From an uncultured delta proteobacterium (GTDB lineage Bacteria; Desulfobacterota; RBG-13-43-22), in NCBI GenBank assembly GCA_963802945.1, contig CAWDKY010000053.1, positions 171,914 through 235,913 on the forward strand: a stretch of 64,000 nt of DNA. Direction: 5' to 3'. A model generated the notes under the pieces. The model saw nothing but the letters and a program-made list of their open reading frames with translations, was not told the origin of the DNA and made no database searches. The position numbers and the translations under genes were made by a program. This document shows positions 20,763-31,429 of this stretch, one piece after another; the first letter of the stretch is position 1; every line of letters begins with the position of its first letter.

Positions 20763-22440
20763 ACAGCTGACAAAACTGATTCAAGAAGCGATTCATGAAA
20801 TTCCAATGCCTTTTTCAGAGAATCGTTTTGATCTACCCATTGTTTTTACTGTTCCGAAAAACGAAACCTATGGGGACTATGCCACTAATCTGGCCATGAC
20901 CATGGCCAAGGCGATGAAACAATCTCCCATGAAGATCGCCGAAGCCTTGGCCGAACGCATTCCAACCGAACCTGATTGGCTGGAAAAAATTGAAGTGATC
21001 AAGCCGGGATTTATTAATTTCTTTCTTAAAGATAAAGCGCTTCAGGATAGACTTCCTCTGATCATCAATCAAAAGGAGGCCTTCGGCCAAAGCCAATGGG
21101 GAAAAGGGCAGAAAGTCCAGATCGAATTTGTCAGTGCCAATCCCACCGGTCCCTTACATATAGGCCATGGCCGGGGCGCCGCCCTTGGAGGGGCTTTGAT
21201 CAATCTGTTGAAGGCCACTGGGCACGAGGTGTCTGCCGAATACTACCTCAATGATCTCGGCACCCAAATGGAAACTCTGGGGCGATCCATTCAGGCCCGA
21301 TTCAAAGAACTGAAGGGTGGAGTCGGCCTTTTTCCGGAAAACGGCTATAAAGGGGAATATATCAAGGACATTGCTGCCGAGATACTTAAGAAAAATTCAT
21401 CTAAAGCCGTTGATGAATCCGCCTTGGATGTATCTTATTTTTCTCAATATGGTCAACAGGCCATCTTAAAGGATATTCGCAAAGACCTGGAGACTTTTGG
21501 AATCCAATTTGATCATTGGTTCAGCGAAGAAAGCCTGGTTCGTGAAGGCCTGGTGGAAAACCTAATCCAATCCATGAAAGACAAGGGCCTTTTTTACCAA
21601 GCCGAAGGGGCCCTTTGGTTTAAGAGCAGCGCCTTCGGAGACGAGAAAGACCGGGTGGTGGTTCGGGCCAACGGGGCCTTGACTTATTTTGCCTCGGATA
21701 TGGCCTATCACCTTCAAAAATTCGATCGCGGTTTTCATCGATTGATCGACATTTGGGGGGCCGATCATCACGGTTATGTCCCGCGGTTGAAAGCCGCTCT
21801 TAAGAGTTTGGGACATGATCCAAAGGCCTTAACAGTTATCCTGGTCCAACTGGTCACCTTGATCCGGAAAGGCAAACCGGTGGCCATGTCTACCAGGGCC
21901 GGTGAATTCATCACCTTAAGAGAAGTCCTGGATGAAGTGGGTAAGGACGCCGCCCGATATATCTTTCTGACCAGGCGGTCGGACAGTCCCTTGGATTTCG
22001 ATTTGGATTTGGCTAAGAAACAGAGTAATGAAAATCCGGTTTATTATGTTCAATATGCCCATGCCCGGGCTTGCAGCCTTCTTGCCGTAGCCCAGTCCCA
22101 GGGTTTTACTATTGATAACCTGGATGTCAAGATGGTTCATCTATTGACTTTACCGGAAGAGAGGAGACTCTGCAAACATCTGACAGAATATCCGGAAGAG
22201 GTCAACCAGGCGGCCATGAAGCTGGAACCTCACCGAATCCCATTTTACTTAGGGGAATTGGCCGCCCAATTTCATCACTATTACAATCATCATCGGATCA
22301 TTCAAGATAACCGGGAACTAAGCCAAGCCCGATTGATCCTCTCTCTGGCGATAAAAACGGTGATTAAAAATGCTTTACATATTTTGGGCGTCTCCGCCCC
22401 GCAAAAAATGATGAGGGAGTATGAAACCCAAACCCTATAA
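20755..22440 (+). CDS. argS: Arginine--tRNA ligase
   Basis: GDYATNLAM, EFVSANPTGPLHIGHGR, WGADHHGY, MSTRAG, NPVYYVQYAHAR. Confidence 0.98.
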   Translation: MREQLTKLIQEAIHEIPMPFSENRFDLPIVFTVPKNETYGDYATNLAMTMAKAMKQSPMKIAEALAERIPTEPDWLEKIEVIKPGFINFFLKDKALQDRLPLIINQKEAFGQSQWGKGQKVQIEFVSANPTGPLHIGHGRGAALGGALINLLKATGHEVSAEYYLNDLGTQMETLGRSIQARFKELKGGVGLFPENGYKGEYIKDIAAEILKKNSSKAVDESALDVSYFSQYGQQAILKDIRKDLETFGIQFDHWFSEESLVREGLVENLIQSMKDKGLFYQAEGALWFKSSAFGDEKDRVVVRANGALTYFASDMAYHLQKFDRGFHRLIDIWGADHHGYVPRLKAALKSLGHDPKALTVILVQLVTLIRKGKPVAMSTRAGEFITLREVLDEVGKDAARYIFLTRRSDSPLDFDLDLAKKQSNENPVYYVQYAHARACSLLAVAQSQGFTIDNLDVKMVHLLTLPEERRLCKHLTEYPEEVNQAAMKLEPHRIPFYLGELAAQFHHYYNHHRIIQDNRELSQARLILSLAIKTVIKNALHILGVSAPQKMMREYETQTL

Positions 22441-23137
22441 TCGGAAAAAACAGTACTTTATCGAAATGAGTAGGTCGCAATTGTTTCTCAGTATTGCCGG
22501 TGCCCTCTTCGTTTTGTGTTGGATTTTTATCCTGGGAATCTTTGTTGGCCGCGGATATGTATCCGATACCATAACTCGGACTTTTACCGATAAAATTCAA
22601 AAACTTCAAGAGGAGAAAAAGGCCCTGACGGATAAATATCTTGTCCAGGAGAAAAAAGCTGATATCCCCAAAGAAGAGATCCTTGACCCAAAATTGGATT
22701 TTTATGACAAGCTATCCAAAAAGGAGCCAGACACCACCTTACAGACTGTCCCCAAGCCGACACCAAAACCCTCTCCTGTGGAGGAAAAAACCAATTTGTC
22801 CGGGAAACCCGATTCCCTGGAAACTAAAAAAGAAACCAAGGAAACCGCAACCGAAATAAAGGTCCCTAAAGTGTCCCCGGAAAATACCAGCCAGAACGGT
22901 AGTTTTATGATTCAAATTGGATCATACCGGGAGGAGGCTACGGCCCAATCCAGTGTGAAACGCTTATCTGAAAAAGGGTACCAAGCCCATTTAAGGATGA
23001 AAGATATACCTCAAAAAGGAGGAAAATGGTTTCGAATTCAGATTGGTCCTTTTAAGACCAAACCCGAGGCCGAAAAAATGGTCAAAAAGTTAGAGCACGA
23101 CGGTTTCCAAACTGTGGTGCTGGAAAATAATTTTTAA
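22421..23137 (+). CDS. SPOR domain protein (FtsN/DedD-like)
   Basis: N-terminal TM, LDFYDKL, low-complexity linker, C-terminal IQIGSY...WFRIQIGPF. Confidence 0.88.
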   Translation: MKPKPYNRKKQYFIEMSRSQLFLSIAGALFVLCWIFILGIFVGRGYVSDTITRTFTDKIQKLQEEKKALTDKYLVQEKKADIPKEEILDPKLDFYDKLSKKEPDTTLQTVPKPTPKPSPVEEKTNLSGKPDSLETKKETKETATEIKVPKVSPENTSQNGSFMIQIGSYREEATAQSSVKRLSEKGYQAHLRMKDIPQKGGKWFRIQIGPFKTKPEAEKMVKKLEHDGFQTVVLENNF

Positions 23138-23199
23138 TCAAAGCATCCAGAATACGGGAGCCAGGAATCTATTTAGGTTCTTGCAAATCTCTCAAATTT

Positions 23200-23415
23200 C
23201 GTCACACCGGCGAAAGCCGGTGTCCAGAACGCATTAAAAAGACTGGATTCCGGCTTTCGAGACTGTGTCGTAATAGCGGACAGCGCCATCAAAGCCGTCA
23301 TGCCGGCGAAAGCCGGCATCCAGAACTTAATGAAAATACTGGATTCCGTGTCGCGCTTCGCTTGCACGGAATGACAAAAATATAATTGCGACACAGTCTC
23401 TTCGCCGGAATGACG
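23200..23415. repeat. CGTC-type palindromic (REP-like) element interrupted by a nested MITE
   Basis: CGTCACACCGGCGAAAGCCGGTGTCCAG...CTGGATTCCGGCTTTC[insert]TTCGCCGGAATGACG. Confidence 0.85.
23259..23400. mobile_element. 142-bp MITE-like element with 16-bp TIRs and a 3-bp target duplication, carrying its own REP-like palindrome
   Basis: GAGACTGTGTCGTAAT (23259-23274) / ATTGCGACACAGTCTC (23385-23400), 15/16 match; TTC at 23256-58 and 23401-03. Confidence 0.8.
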
Positions 23416-23521
23416 TCGTGGAACTTTTGCCAAAGGCTCTAATAATAAGAAACAACAAAAAATTAGGAGTAAAAATTTTCTGGATTCTGAATTATGACTT
23501 CTGGATTTTGAAAGTAATACT

Positions 23522-23977
23522 ATGATCCGTAAAGCCACCATGAAGGATGTCAAGCCGATTCAAAAACTTTTGGAGCATTATGCCCAGAAGGGATTGCTCC
23601 TCCCTCGTTCCCTTAATGAATTATTCGGCTATCTAAGGGATTATTATGTTTTTATTCCTGATGGAGGGGAAGAACCGCACGGCGTCTGTGCCCTGCACCT
23701 ATGTTGGGAAGATTTGGCCGAGATCAAATCCTTGGCCGTAAATGAGACCTATGCCCGGCAAGGGATCGGCACCCAGTTGGTGGAAGCCTGTCTGTCTGAG
23801 GCCATTACCTTAGGCCTTTACAAAATATTCGCCCTGACCTATCGGGTGGACTTTTTTAAAAAACTGGGTTTTAAAGAAGTGGATAAAAATCTTTTACCGC
23901 ATAAAATTTGGTCCGATTGTTTGAATTGCGTCAAGTTTCCTGAGTGCGACGAATTAGCCGTAATGCTGGAAATATGA
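23522..23977 (+). CDS. argA: Short GNAT N-acetylglutamate synthase-like acetyltransferase
   Basis: LLPRS, EDLAEIKSLAV, FALTY, LPHKIWSDCLNCVKFPECDE; lies near argJ. Confidence 0.8.
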   Translation: MIRKATMKDVKPIQKLLEHYAQKGLLLPRSLNELFGYLRDYYVFIPDGGEEPHGVCALHLCWEDLAEIKSLAVNETYARQGIGTQLVEACLSEAITLGLYKIFALTYRVDFFKKLGFKEVDKNLLPHKIWSDCLNCVKFPECDELAVMLEI

Positions 23978-24054
23978 TTACGAAAGGTAAAAGGTATTAG
24001 ATTTAAGGTTTAAGATTTTCCCTGAACCTCGACCCTCACGAAAAGAAAGAAATT

Positions 24055-26574
24055 ATGTTCAGCAGCCTAATAAAAAAAGTAGTTGGAACCAAAAACGATC
24101 GGGAACTGAATCGTATAGCCCCCATGGTAGATCGTATTAATGAGATGGAAAAGGCTATGGGCGCCTTAAGTGATGCCGAACTCCAAGCCAAGACCGCTCA
24201 GTTTAAAGAGCAACTGGGACAGGGGGCCTCTTTGGACGATATCCTTCCCGAGGCCTTTGCCGTGGTTCGGGAAGCCTCAATTAGAGTCTTGGGTTTGAGA
24301 CCTTTTGATGTCCAGGTGATTGGAGGGATCGTCCTTCACGAAGGGACAATCGCTGAAATGAAGACCGGCGAAGGGAAAACCCTGGCCGCCACCATGCCGG
24401 TCTATCTGAATGCCTTGACCGGAGAAGGTGTTCATGTAGTTACGGTCAATGATTATCTGGCCAAACGTGACAGTGAATGGATGGGAGGGATTTATCGGTT
24501 CTTAGGGCTGCCCGTTGGCGTCATTCTCCATGACCTGGATAAGGAGGAACGCCGGACGGCCTACGGGTCGGATGTGACCTATGGGACCAATAATGAATTC
24601 GGGTTCGACTACCTCAGGGATAACATGGAGTTCTCACTTTCCAATTACGTGCAACGCCAATTTAATTATGCCATCGTGGATGAAGTGGACAGTATCCTGA
24701 TCGATGAGGCCCGCACCCCGCTGATTATCTCCGGACCAGCGGAAAAATCCACCCGTATGTATCATGACATCAACCAGATCATCCCCCGCTTGAACAAAGA
24801 CAAGGATTATACCATTGAAGAAAAAACCCGGACCGTGGCTTTAAGCGAGGTCGGGATTGCCCATGCCGAAAAATTATTAAAGGTGGACAACCTGTATGAT
24901 CCACGCCATATGTTGATGGTCCATCATATCAATCAGGCCCTCAAGGCCCATACTCTATTTAAAAGGGATGTGGACTATATCGTCAAGGAAGGCGAGGTTA
25001 TCATCGTTGATGAATTCACCGGCCGACTCATGCCGGGACGGCGGTATAGTGAAGGTCTCCATCAGGCCCTGGAGGCCAAAGAAAATGTAAAAGTGGAAAG
25101 TGAAAACCAGACCCTGGCCACCATCACCTTCCAGAATTATTTCCGTATGTATAAAAAATTAAGCGGGATGACCGGAACAGCCGATACCGAAGCCCCGGAA
25201 TTTAAAAAAATCTACAAGCTGGATGTGATGGTCATCCCCACGCATAAGAAAATGATCCGGGAGGATTATCCGGATGTTATTTATCGCAACGAAGCGGAAA
25301 AATTTCAGGCCATCATAGAAGAAATCAAACGGCTGCATACCAAAGGTCAGCCGGTCCTGGTTGGAACGATCTCCATTGACAAATCGGAACAACTGGCCAA
25401 AGTGCTATCCAGAGAAGGGATCAAACACTCGGTCCTGAATGCCAAAAACCATCGATTGGAAGCGGAAATCGTGGCCTCGGCCGGGCAAAAAGAGGTGGTC
25501 ACCATCTCCACTAATATGGCCGGACGGGGAACTGATATTGTCCTTGGGGATGGGGTGACCGCATTAGGAGGACTGCATATCCTAGGTACGGAACGGCATG
25601 AATCCCGACGAATCGACAACCAGCTTCGGGGCCGTTCCGGACGGCAGGGAGACCAGGGCAGTTCTCGTTTTTATCTGTCTCTTGAGGACGACCTTCTACG
25701 GATTTTCGGATCGGACCGTATATCCGGTCTGATGGGCAAGATGGGCATGGAAGAAGGGGAACCCATCGAACACTCTCTGATTTCCAAGGCCATCGAAAAC
25801 GCCCAACGCCGAGTGGAAGGCAACAATTTTGAAATCAGGAAGCACCTCATCGAGTATGATGATGTCATGAATCAGCAACGAGAGGTGATATATGGTCAAA
25901 GACGCAAAATCCTGGAAGGCCAGGAATTGAGGGAACTGGTAAAGGAAATGACCGAAGATTTGCTGGACGAAATTGTCGGCCTGTTTGTCAATGATAAAAT
26001 TCCGGCTGAAGAATGGGACCTCAAATCCCTGAGCGACAAACTCTTTCAACAGTTTTCCAGCAGGGTTTCTTTGAATGGGAACCAGTCCCTGACCGACCCG
26101 GAGGAATTGAAGGAAAAGGTCCAGGAACAGATATGGACGACCTATCTTAAAAAAGTGGAAACCATCGGCCAGGAAGTCATGGACTCATTGGAACAAATGG
26201 TCATGCTGGAGACAATTGATACCACCTGGAAAGATCACCTGCTCAGTATGGATCATCTAAAAGAAGGGATCGGCTTGCGGGGATATGGTCAGCGCGATCC
26301 TCTGCGGGAATATCAGCGGGAAGGCTATGAGATGTTTGTGGATATGGTTGACAGGATCAAAGAACAGACCATTGCCAATCTTTTTCGTCTCCAGTTGGCT
26401 AAAGAAGAGGACCTTCAACCCCTGATTGAACCCCAGGAAAGGCAGATGTTCTTCAGTCATAGTGAAGAGGAAACTTCAGCCCCGAAAAGAAGAGAAGGAA
26501 AGAAGGTAGGAAGAAATGACCCCTGTCCGTGTGGAAGCGGTAAAAAATACAAAAGGTGCTGCGGCCAGAAATAA
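24055..26574 (+). CDS. secA: Preprotein translocase ATPase
   Basis: [39 protein letters not shown]-terminal [18 protein letters not shown]. Confidence 0.99.
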   Translation: MFSSLIKKVVGTKNDRELNRIAPMVDRINEMEKAMGALSDAELQAKTAQFKEQLGQGASLDDILPEAFAVVREASIRVLGLRPFDVQVIGGIVLHEGTIAEMKTGEGKTLAATMPVYLNALTGEGVHVVTVNDYLAKRDSEWMGGIYRFLGLPVGVILHDLDKEERRTAYGSDVTYGTNNEFGFDYLRDNMEFSLSNYVQRQFNYAIVDEVDSILIDEARTPLIISGPAEKSTRMYHDINQIIPRLNKDKDYTIEEKTRTVALSEVGIAHAEKLLKVDNLYDPRHMLMVHHINQALKAHTLFKRDVDYIVKEGEVIIVDEFTGRLMPGRRYSEGLHQALEAKENVKVESENQTLATITFQNYFRMYKKLSGMTGTADTEAPEFKKIYKLDVMVIPTHKKMIREDYPDVIYRNEAEKFQAIIEEIKRLHTKGQPVLVGTISIDKSEQLAKVLSREGIKHSVLNAKNHRLEAEIVASAGQKEVVTISTNMAGRGTDIVLGDGVTALGGLHILGTERHESRRIDNQLRGRSGRQGDQGSSRFYLSLEDDLLRIFGSDRISGLMGKMGMEEGEPIEHSLISKAIENAQRRVEGNNFEIRKHLIEYDDVMNQQREVIYGQRRKILEGQELRELVKEMTEDLLDEIVGLFVNDKIPAEEWDLKSLSDKLFQQFSSRVSLNGNQSLTDPEELKEKVQEQIWTTYLKKVETIGQEVMDSLEQMVMLETIDTTWKDHLLSMDHLKEGIGLRGYGQRDPLREYQREGYEMFVDMVDRIKEQTIANLFRLQLAKEEDLQPLIEPQERQMFFSHSEEETSAPKRREGKKVGRNDPCPCGSGKKYKRCCGQK

Positions 26575-27766
26575 GCAGTTTCACCTGCCGGGTTTTTTGG
26601 CCTCAGCCCAATCCGCTGAAGTTCAAAAGGGAATTACTCGTCCGGATTTGGGTCTGATTTTTTCCGAAGTTCCGGCCGTGGCCGCGGGTGTCTTCACCCG
26701 TAGCCTGGTCAAGGCGGCACCGGTTCAGATTAACCTCGAACGAATCATTAAACAAAAAGGGCGGGCCATCCTGGTCAACAGTGGCAATGCCAACGCCTGC
26801 ACCGGACCGGGTGGTCTTAAAGATGCCCGACGGTTGTCCAGGCAGGTCTCTCAGGCCCTGTCCATTCCCGATTCTCAGGTCTTCCTGGCTTCCACCGGGG
26901 TGATCGGAAAAAGACTGCCGATGACCCGGATGACCAAGGCCGTTCCTTCTTTGATTCAATCTTTGTCTCCCCACGGACTGCCGAAAGTTTCCGAAGCCAT
27001 CATGACCACGGATACCTTTCCCAAACTCATCTCCGAAGAAGCATCCATAGGGAAGAAAAAAGTTCATTTGGTGGGAATGGCCAAGGGGGCCGGCATGATG
27101 CACCCCGATATGGCCACTATGCTCTGTTTTGTATTGACCGATCTGGCCGTCTCCCCTGCCCTTCTAAGTCGCTTTTTAAGAAAAGCAGTCGATCAGTCCT
27201 TTCACCGGATCACCGTGGATGGGGACACCAGCACCAATGACACGGTCCTGGTTATGGCTAACGGTCTGGCAGGAAACCCTGTTTTGGATGATCTCCAAAC
27301 ACCTGGAGCCCGAATTTTTTCCAGGGCCTTGGATCAACTCCTTTTGAAACTGGCCCGGATGATCGTTCAGGACGGCGAAGGAGCCACCAAAGAAGTGAGC
27401 ATCCGGATCGAAGGCGCCCGTACAAAGGAAGAGGCACGAACTTTGGCCATGACTGTGGCCCTTTCTCCTTTGGTTAAAACAGCCCTTTTCGGTCAGGACG
27501 CCAATTGGGGAAGAATCCTGGCTGCCCTGGGCAGATCAGGCATTCCCTTTGACCCGGATCAGGTGGATATCTATTTTGACCGAATTCAATTAGTCAAAAA
27601 TGGGATCAGCAAAGGGCCCAAGGAAGAAATTCAGGCCGGCTTGGTCTTAAAGAAACCATCTCTGACCATCCGGATCGACCTGCATCAAGGATCGGCTAAA
27701 ACCCAGGTCTATACCTGCGACCTTTCTCTGGATTATGTCCGCATCAATGCCGACTATCGAACCTAA
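26516..27766 (+). CDS. argJ: Bifunctional glutamate N-acetyltransferase / amino-acid acetyltransferase
   Basis: [63 protein letters not shown]; start position uncertain. Confidence 0.96.
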   Translation: MTPVRVEAVKNTKGAAARNKQFHLPGFLASAQSAEVQKGITRPDLGLIFSEVPAVAAGVFTRSLVKAAPVQINLERIIKQKGRAILVNSGNANACTGPGGLKDARRLSRQVSQALSIPDSQVFLASTGVIGKRLPMTRMTKAVPSLIQSLSPHGLPKVSEAIMTTDTFPKLISEEASIGKKKVHLVGMAKGAGMMHPDMATMLCFVLTDLAVSPALLSRFLRKAVDQSFHRITVDGDTSTNDTVLVMANGLAGNPVLDDLQTPGARIFSRALDQLLLKLARMIVQDGEGATKEVSIRIEGARTKEEARTLAMTVALSPLVKTALFGQDANWGRILAALGRSGIPFDPDQVDIYFDRIQLVKNGISKGPKEEIQAGLVLKKPSLTIRIDLHQGSAKTQVYTCDLSLDYVRINADYRT

Positions 27767-27770
27767 GTAT

Positions 27771-28060
27771 GTTACGGGTTGCGGATGCGGGTTACGAGGT
27801 ATGATTTTGAAGTCGGTGTAGTGTCTCAATAACTGGCTTACAATAGTCCTGAGCCGTCATTCCTGTCCCGCATCAAGTGCGGGATAAACTCCAGCAGAAA
27901 TCCAGGTTAAAAATACTGGATTCCGGATCAAGTCTGGAATGACAATCTTGTAAAACGAATACCGTTACAGTACATTAGTTGATGAGAATGAATTTGGCTT
28001 ATAGTTATGTCTAAATTCTATAAGATAAAAACTCGTAACCCACATCTCGTAACTCGCAAT
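27771..28060. repeat. 7-mer inverted arms (GTTACGR / YCGTAAC family) enclosing REP element copy 2
   Basis: GTTACGG GTTGCGG ATGCGG GTTACGAG vs CTCGTAA CCCACAT CTCGTAA CTCGCAA. Confidence 0.75.
27821..27970. repeat. ~150-bp REP-containing interspersed element, copy 2 (inverted relative to copy 1)
   Basis: GTGTCTC...TACAATAGTCCT...CGTCATTCC..TCCCGCATCAAGTGCGGGATAAACTCCAGC...TGGATTCCGGATCAAGTCTGGAATGAC. Confidence 0.85.
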
Positions 28061-28068
28061 TCTTTCTA

Positions 28069-29784
28069 ATGACCATCAAAAAACTCCAAAAAATCATTCG
28101 TGCCGCCCGGGGAGAAATCCCCGCCGACTTAGTTCTTAAGGGTGGAAAGGTGGTCAATGTTTTTTCCTGTGGAATCCAAGAAACCGATGTGGCGGTGTGC
28201 GAAGATCAAATCGTGGGACTCGGTTCTTATCAAGGCCGGGAAACCTTGGATTGTCGTCATCGCTTCATTTGCCCAGGATTCATCGACGGACATTTCCATA
28301 TCGAAAGCACCTGGCTTACACCGGCCAACCTGTCTCCAGTGCTTCTACCCCTTGGGACAACGACCCTGATTGCCGACCCTCATGAAATAGCCAATGTTCA
28401 GGGCTTGACCGGCATTGAGTTTATGCTGAACAACAGCGCCAAACTCCCTTTGGAAATATATTTCATGGCCCCATCCTGTGTCCCGCCCAGCCATCTGGAA
28501 ACCTCGGGAGCAATCTTGACCGAAAAAGATTTACGGCCTCTTCTCCGAAATCCCAGGGTTCTGGGTCTGGCCGAGATGATGAATTTTCCCGGAGTTCTTT
28601 TGAAGGATCAGGAGGTGCTGAAAAAAATTACCGCCTTCCAACATAAAATCAAAGACGGCCACGCCCCTCTTTTAACGGGGAAAGAGCTTTGCGCCTATGT
28701 CAGTGCCGGGATCAGATCCGACCACGAATCGACTGGGTTATCTGAGGCCCGGGAAAAACTGGCCCTCGGTATGGTCGTCATGATCCGTCAAGGAACCCAG
28801 GCCAAGAATTTAAAAGAGCTTCTGCCCATAGTTAACTTTAGCAACGCCCGTCGCTGTTTATTGGTCAGCGACGATCGACACCCCGAAGACCTTCTCAAAG
28901 AAGGACACATTAATTTTATCCTCAAACAAGCCGTTCAATGGGGCTTAGATCCCATCCTGGCCATACAAATGGTTACCCTGAACACGGCCGAGTATTTCGG
29001 CCTTCGCCATTTAGGGGCCGTTGCCCCTGGGTATCAGGCGGATATGGTAGTCTTAAAATCGCTCACTGGCCTGGAGATCGAGGCGGTCTTTAAAAAAGGG
29101 AAAAAGGTGGCCGCCAGCGGCCGGCTTTTGGAAGAGATTCCGCAATCCGAAGGTTTCAACAATTATATGGGAATGAAAATAAAAAATCTTTCTTTGGAAA
29201 GATTTCAAATCCCCGTCCGCGGGCCAAGGGCCAAAGTCATCGAATTGGTTCCTAATCAGATCCTGACTCGACAATTTCTTCATAAAGCCCAAGAAAAAGA
29301 CGGCCTGTTGATCCTCAGGGCTGAGGAAGATATCGTCATCCTGGGTTGCGTGGAAAGGCATATAGGGACAGGCAACGTGGGCTTGGGGCTGGTTAAAGGT
29401 TTTGGACTTTCCTGGGGGGCCATGGCTTCTTCGGTGGCCCATGATTCTCATAACATTGTGGTCATCGGACGTGAACCGGAAGATATGTTCTTGGCTGTCA
29501 AAACGATTGAAGCCATGAAGGGCGGACTGGAGATCGTGGTTCAGAGAAAAGTGGCGGCCAAACTTCCTTTGCCTATTGCCGGGCTGATGTCCGATCAATC
29601 CATCGAGAAGGTCATTAGCCACCAAGAAAAACTGATCCAGGCTGTACCGCTAACCGGCTGCACCCTAAAAAATCCCTTAATGGCCCTTTCCTTCCTGGCC
29701 TTGCCGGTAATACCGGAATTAAAAATCACCGACCAAGGACTGGTAGATGTGAACCGTTTTGAAATTGTGCCTTTATTTGACTAA
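28069..29784 (+). CDS. ade: Adenine deaminase
   Basis: PGFIDGHFHIES, ADPHEIANV, LAEMMNFPG, DGHAP, SDHE, AHDSHN, LPVIPELKITDQG. Confidence 0.95.
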   Translation: MTIKKLQKIIRAARGEIPADLVLKGGKVVNVFSCGIQETDVAVCEDQIVGLGSYQGRETLDCRHRFICPGFIDGHFHIESTWLTPANLSPVLLPLGTTTLIADPHEIANVQGLTGIEFMLNNSAKLPLEIYFMAPSCVPPSHLETSGAILTEKDLRPLLRNPRVLGLAEMMNFPGVLLKDQEVLKKITAFQHKIKDGHAPLLTGKELCAYVSAGIRSDHESTGLSEAREKLALGMVVMIRQGTQAKNLKELLPIVNFSNARRCLLVSDDRHPEDLLKEGHINFILKQAVQWGLDPILAIQMVTLNTAEYFGLRHLGAVAPGYQADMVVLKSLTGLEIEAVFKKGKKVAASGRLLEEIPQSEGFNNYMGMKIKNLSLERFQIPVRGPRAKVIELVPNQILTRQFLHKAQEKDGLLILRAEEDIVILGCVERHIGTGNVGLGLVKGFGLSWGAMASSVAHDSHNIVVIGREPEDMFLAVKTIEAMKGGLEIVVQRKVAAKLPLPIAGLMSDQSIEKVISHQEKLIQAVPLTGCTLKNPLMALSFLALPVIPELKITDQGLVDVNRFEIVPLFD

Positions 29785-29833
29785 TAGGAGAGAAAAAGGC
29801 ATTTAAAAAATCTTTACATCCAATTAAAAAAAT

Positions 29834-31429
29834 ATGAATTTATCAATGTCAACGGAGGTGATCAAACAGGAAGCCGTAATCCAGGCCATGCTGGACCCGG
29901 AAACTTATCCGCAACCTCCCAAAAAGATCACCCACCTCCAGACCCATATCTCCCATATCTTTTTAACCGGCGGTCTGGTTTATAAGATCAAAAAGCCGGT
30001 CGATTTCGATTTCCTGGATTTCTCCACCTTGGCCAAGAGACGCTATTTCTGCCATCAGGAGGTAAAGCTGAACCGCCGTCTGACCCAAAATATTTATTTG
30101 GGAGTGGTCAAAATAACTTCTGAAAAAGGAAGACTGGTTGTCAACGGAAAAGGACCGATTATGGAATATGCGGTCCTGATGAAAGAGATGCCCCAGGAAC
30201 GGATGATGAACCGGTTGCTGGCTGAAGGAAAAGTCAGGGAAAAAGACATTCGGGAACTGGTTGGCAAATTGGTCCCCTTTTACCAACAGGCTCGGACCGG
30301 AAAAGGGATCAACCCTTTCGGACGTATCGAGATCATGATCAAAAATACCGAAGAAAACTTTGCCCAGACTCAATCTTACATTGGCCGATTGATTCCAGCC
30401 CGGACTTATTCCCCGATGGTCAAAGGCACCCGGGATTTTTTAGAAAAAGCGAGAGAGCTTTTCAAAAAACGGATTCGTGAGGGTTATATCAGGGACTGCC
30501 ACGGCGACCTTCATTCCGCCAATATCTGTTTGGATAAAAAGCCCCTGATTTATGATTGCATTGAATTCAATCACCGCTTTAGATACACCGATGTGGCCTG
30601 TGATCTGGCCTTCCTGGCTATGGATCTGGATTTCCATGGCCGCCCGGAACTCTCCAGGCTTTTGGAAAGGGAATATGTGCATCGTTCCGGGGACGATGAT
30701 CTTCCTCGGCTGTTTAATTTTTACAAGGGTTATCGGGCTTATGTGAGGGCCAAGGTTCACTCCTTTACCTCCGAGAATCCGGAAATATCTAATAAAGAAA
30801 AAAAAGTTGAAAGCCGATTGGCCAAAAGGTATTATCAATTGGCATATGAATACATTCAAAAAGACAGGACTCCTCAGATCGTGGTGGTCTTTGGACTGAT
30901 GGGTACCGGCAAGACCTCTCTGGCTAAGGCGCTGGCCGCACAAACAGGCTGGCCGATGATCAGCTCGGATGAAATAAGAAAAAACTTGCAAGGGATTTCT
31001 CCGATGACCAGGAAGTGGGAACCTTTTGAAAAAGGCCTGTACTCGGAAGAAATATCCCGAAAAACCTATCGGAAGATGCGGGATGAGGCCCGGAAATGGC
31101 TTAACCAAGGTCAATCGGTTATTTTGGATGGATCATACAAACGGCAATCAGAGCGTCTGGCTCTAATGGAACTGGCTAAAAAAACCGAGGCCCGGATCCG
31201 TTTTATCGAATGCCTGGCTTCGTTGAAAACCATACGACAACGCTTGGACCAACGAGAAAAGGAAACCAGATCCATATCCGACGGCCGTTGGGAAATATTT
31301 CATCGGCAACGCAAGGATTTTGATCCCGTCATGGATCCGGTTAAATCGAAATGGGTAGGTGTTAGAACCACGAAGTCTGTCGAACAAATCACCCAAAATA
31401 TTCTCAGGGACATCCAAGCCGATGCCTAA
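29834..31429 (+). CDS. Bifunctional APH/kinase-like + AAA_33 P-loop protein
   Basis: THIS, YKIKKPV, CHGDLHSANI, DCIEFN; C-terminal GLMGTGKTS and SSDEIRK. Confidence 0.88.
   Translation: MNLSMSTEVIKQEAVIQAMLDPETYPQPPKKITHLQTHISHIFLTGGLVYKIKKPVDFDFLDFSTLAKRRYFCHQEVKLNRRLTQNIYLGVVKITSEKGRLVVNGKGPIMEYAVLMKEMPQERMMNRLLAEGKVREKDIRELVGKLVPFYQQARTGKGINPFGRIEIMIKNTEENFAQTQSYIGRLIPARTYSPMVKGTRDFLEKARELFKKRIREGYIRDCHGDLHSANICLDKKPLIYDCIEFNHRFRYTDVACDLAFLAMDLDFHGRPELSRLLEREYVHRSGDDDLPRLFNFYKGYRAYVRAKVHSFTSENPEISNKEKKVESRLAKRYYQLAYEYIQKDRTPQIVVVFGLMGTGKTSLAKALAAQTGWPMISSDEIRKNLQGISPMTRKWEPFEKGLYSEEISRKTYRKMRDEARKWLNQGQSVILDGSYKRQSERLALMELAKKTEARIRFIECLASLKTIRQRLDQREKETRSISDGRWEIFHRQRKDFDPVMDPVKSKWVGVRTTKSVEQITQNILRDIQADA

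Noticed and set aside
23173-23553. 126-aa minus-strand ORF
   Set aside because: Its duplicated FWxPAFAGxT segments are translations of the REP palindromes; spurious. ORFs 5103..5285 and 17917..18141 likewise overlap repeats.
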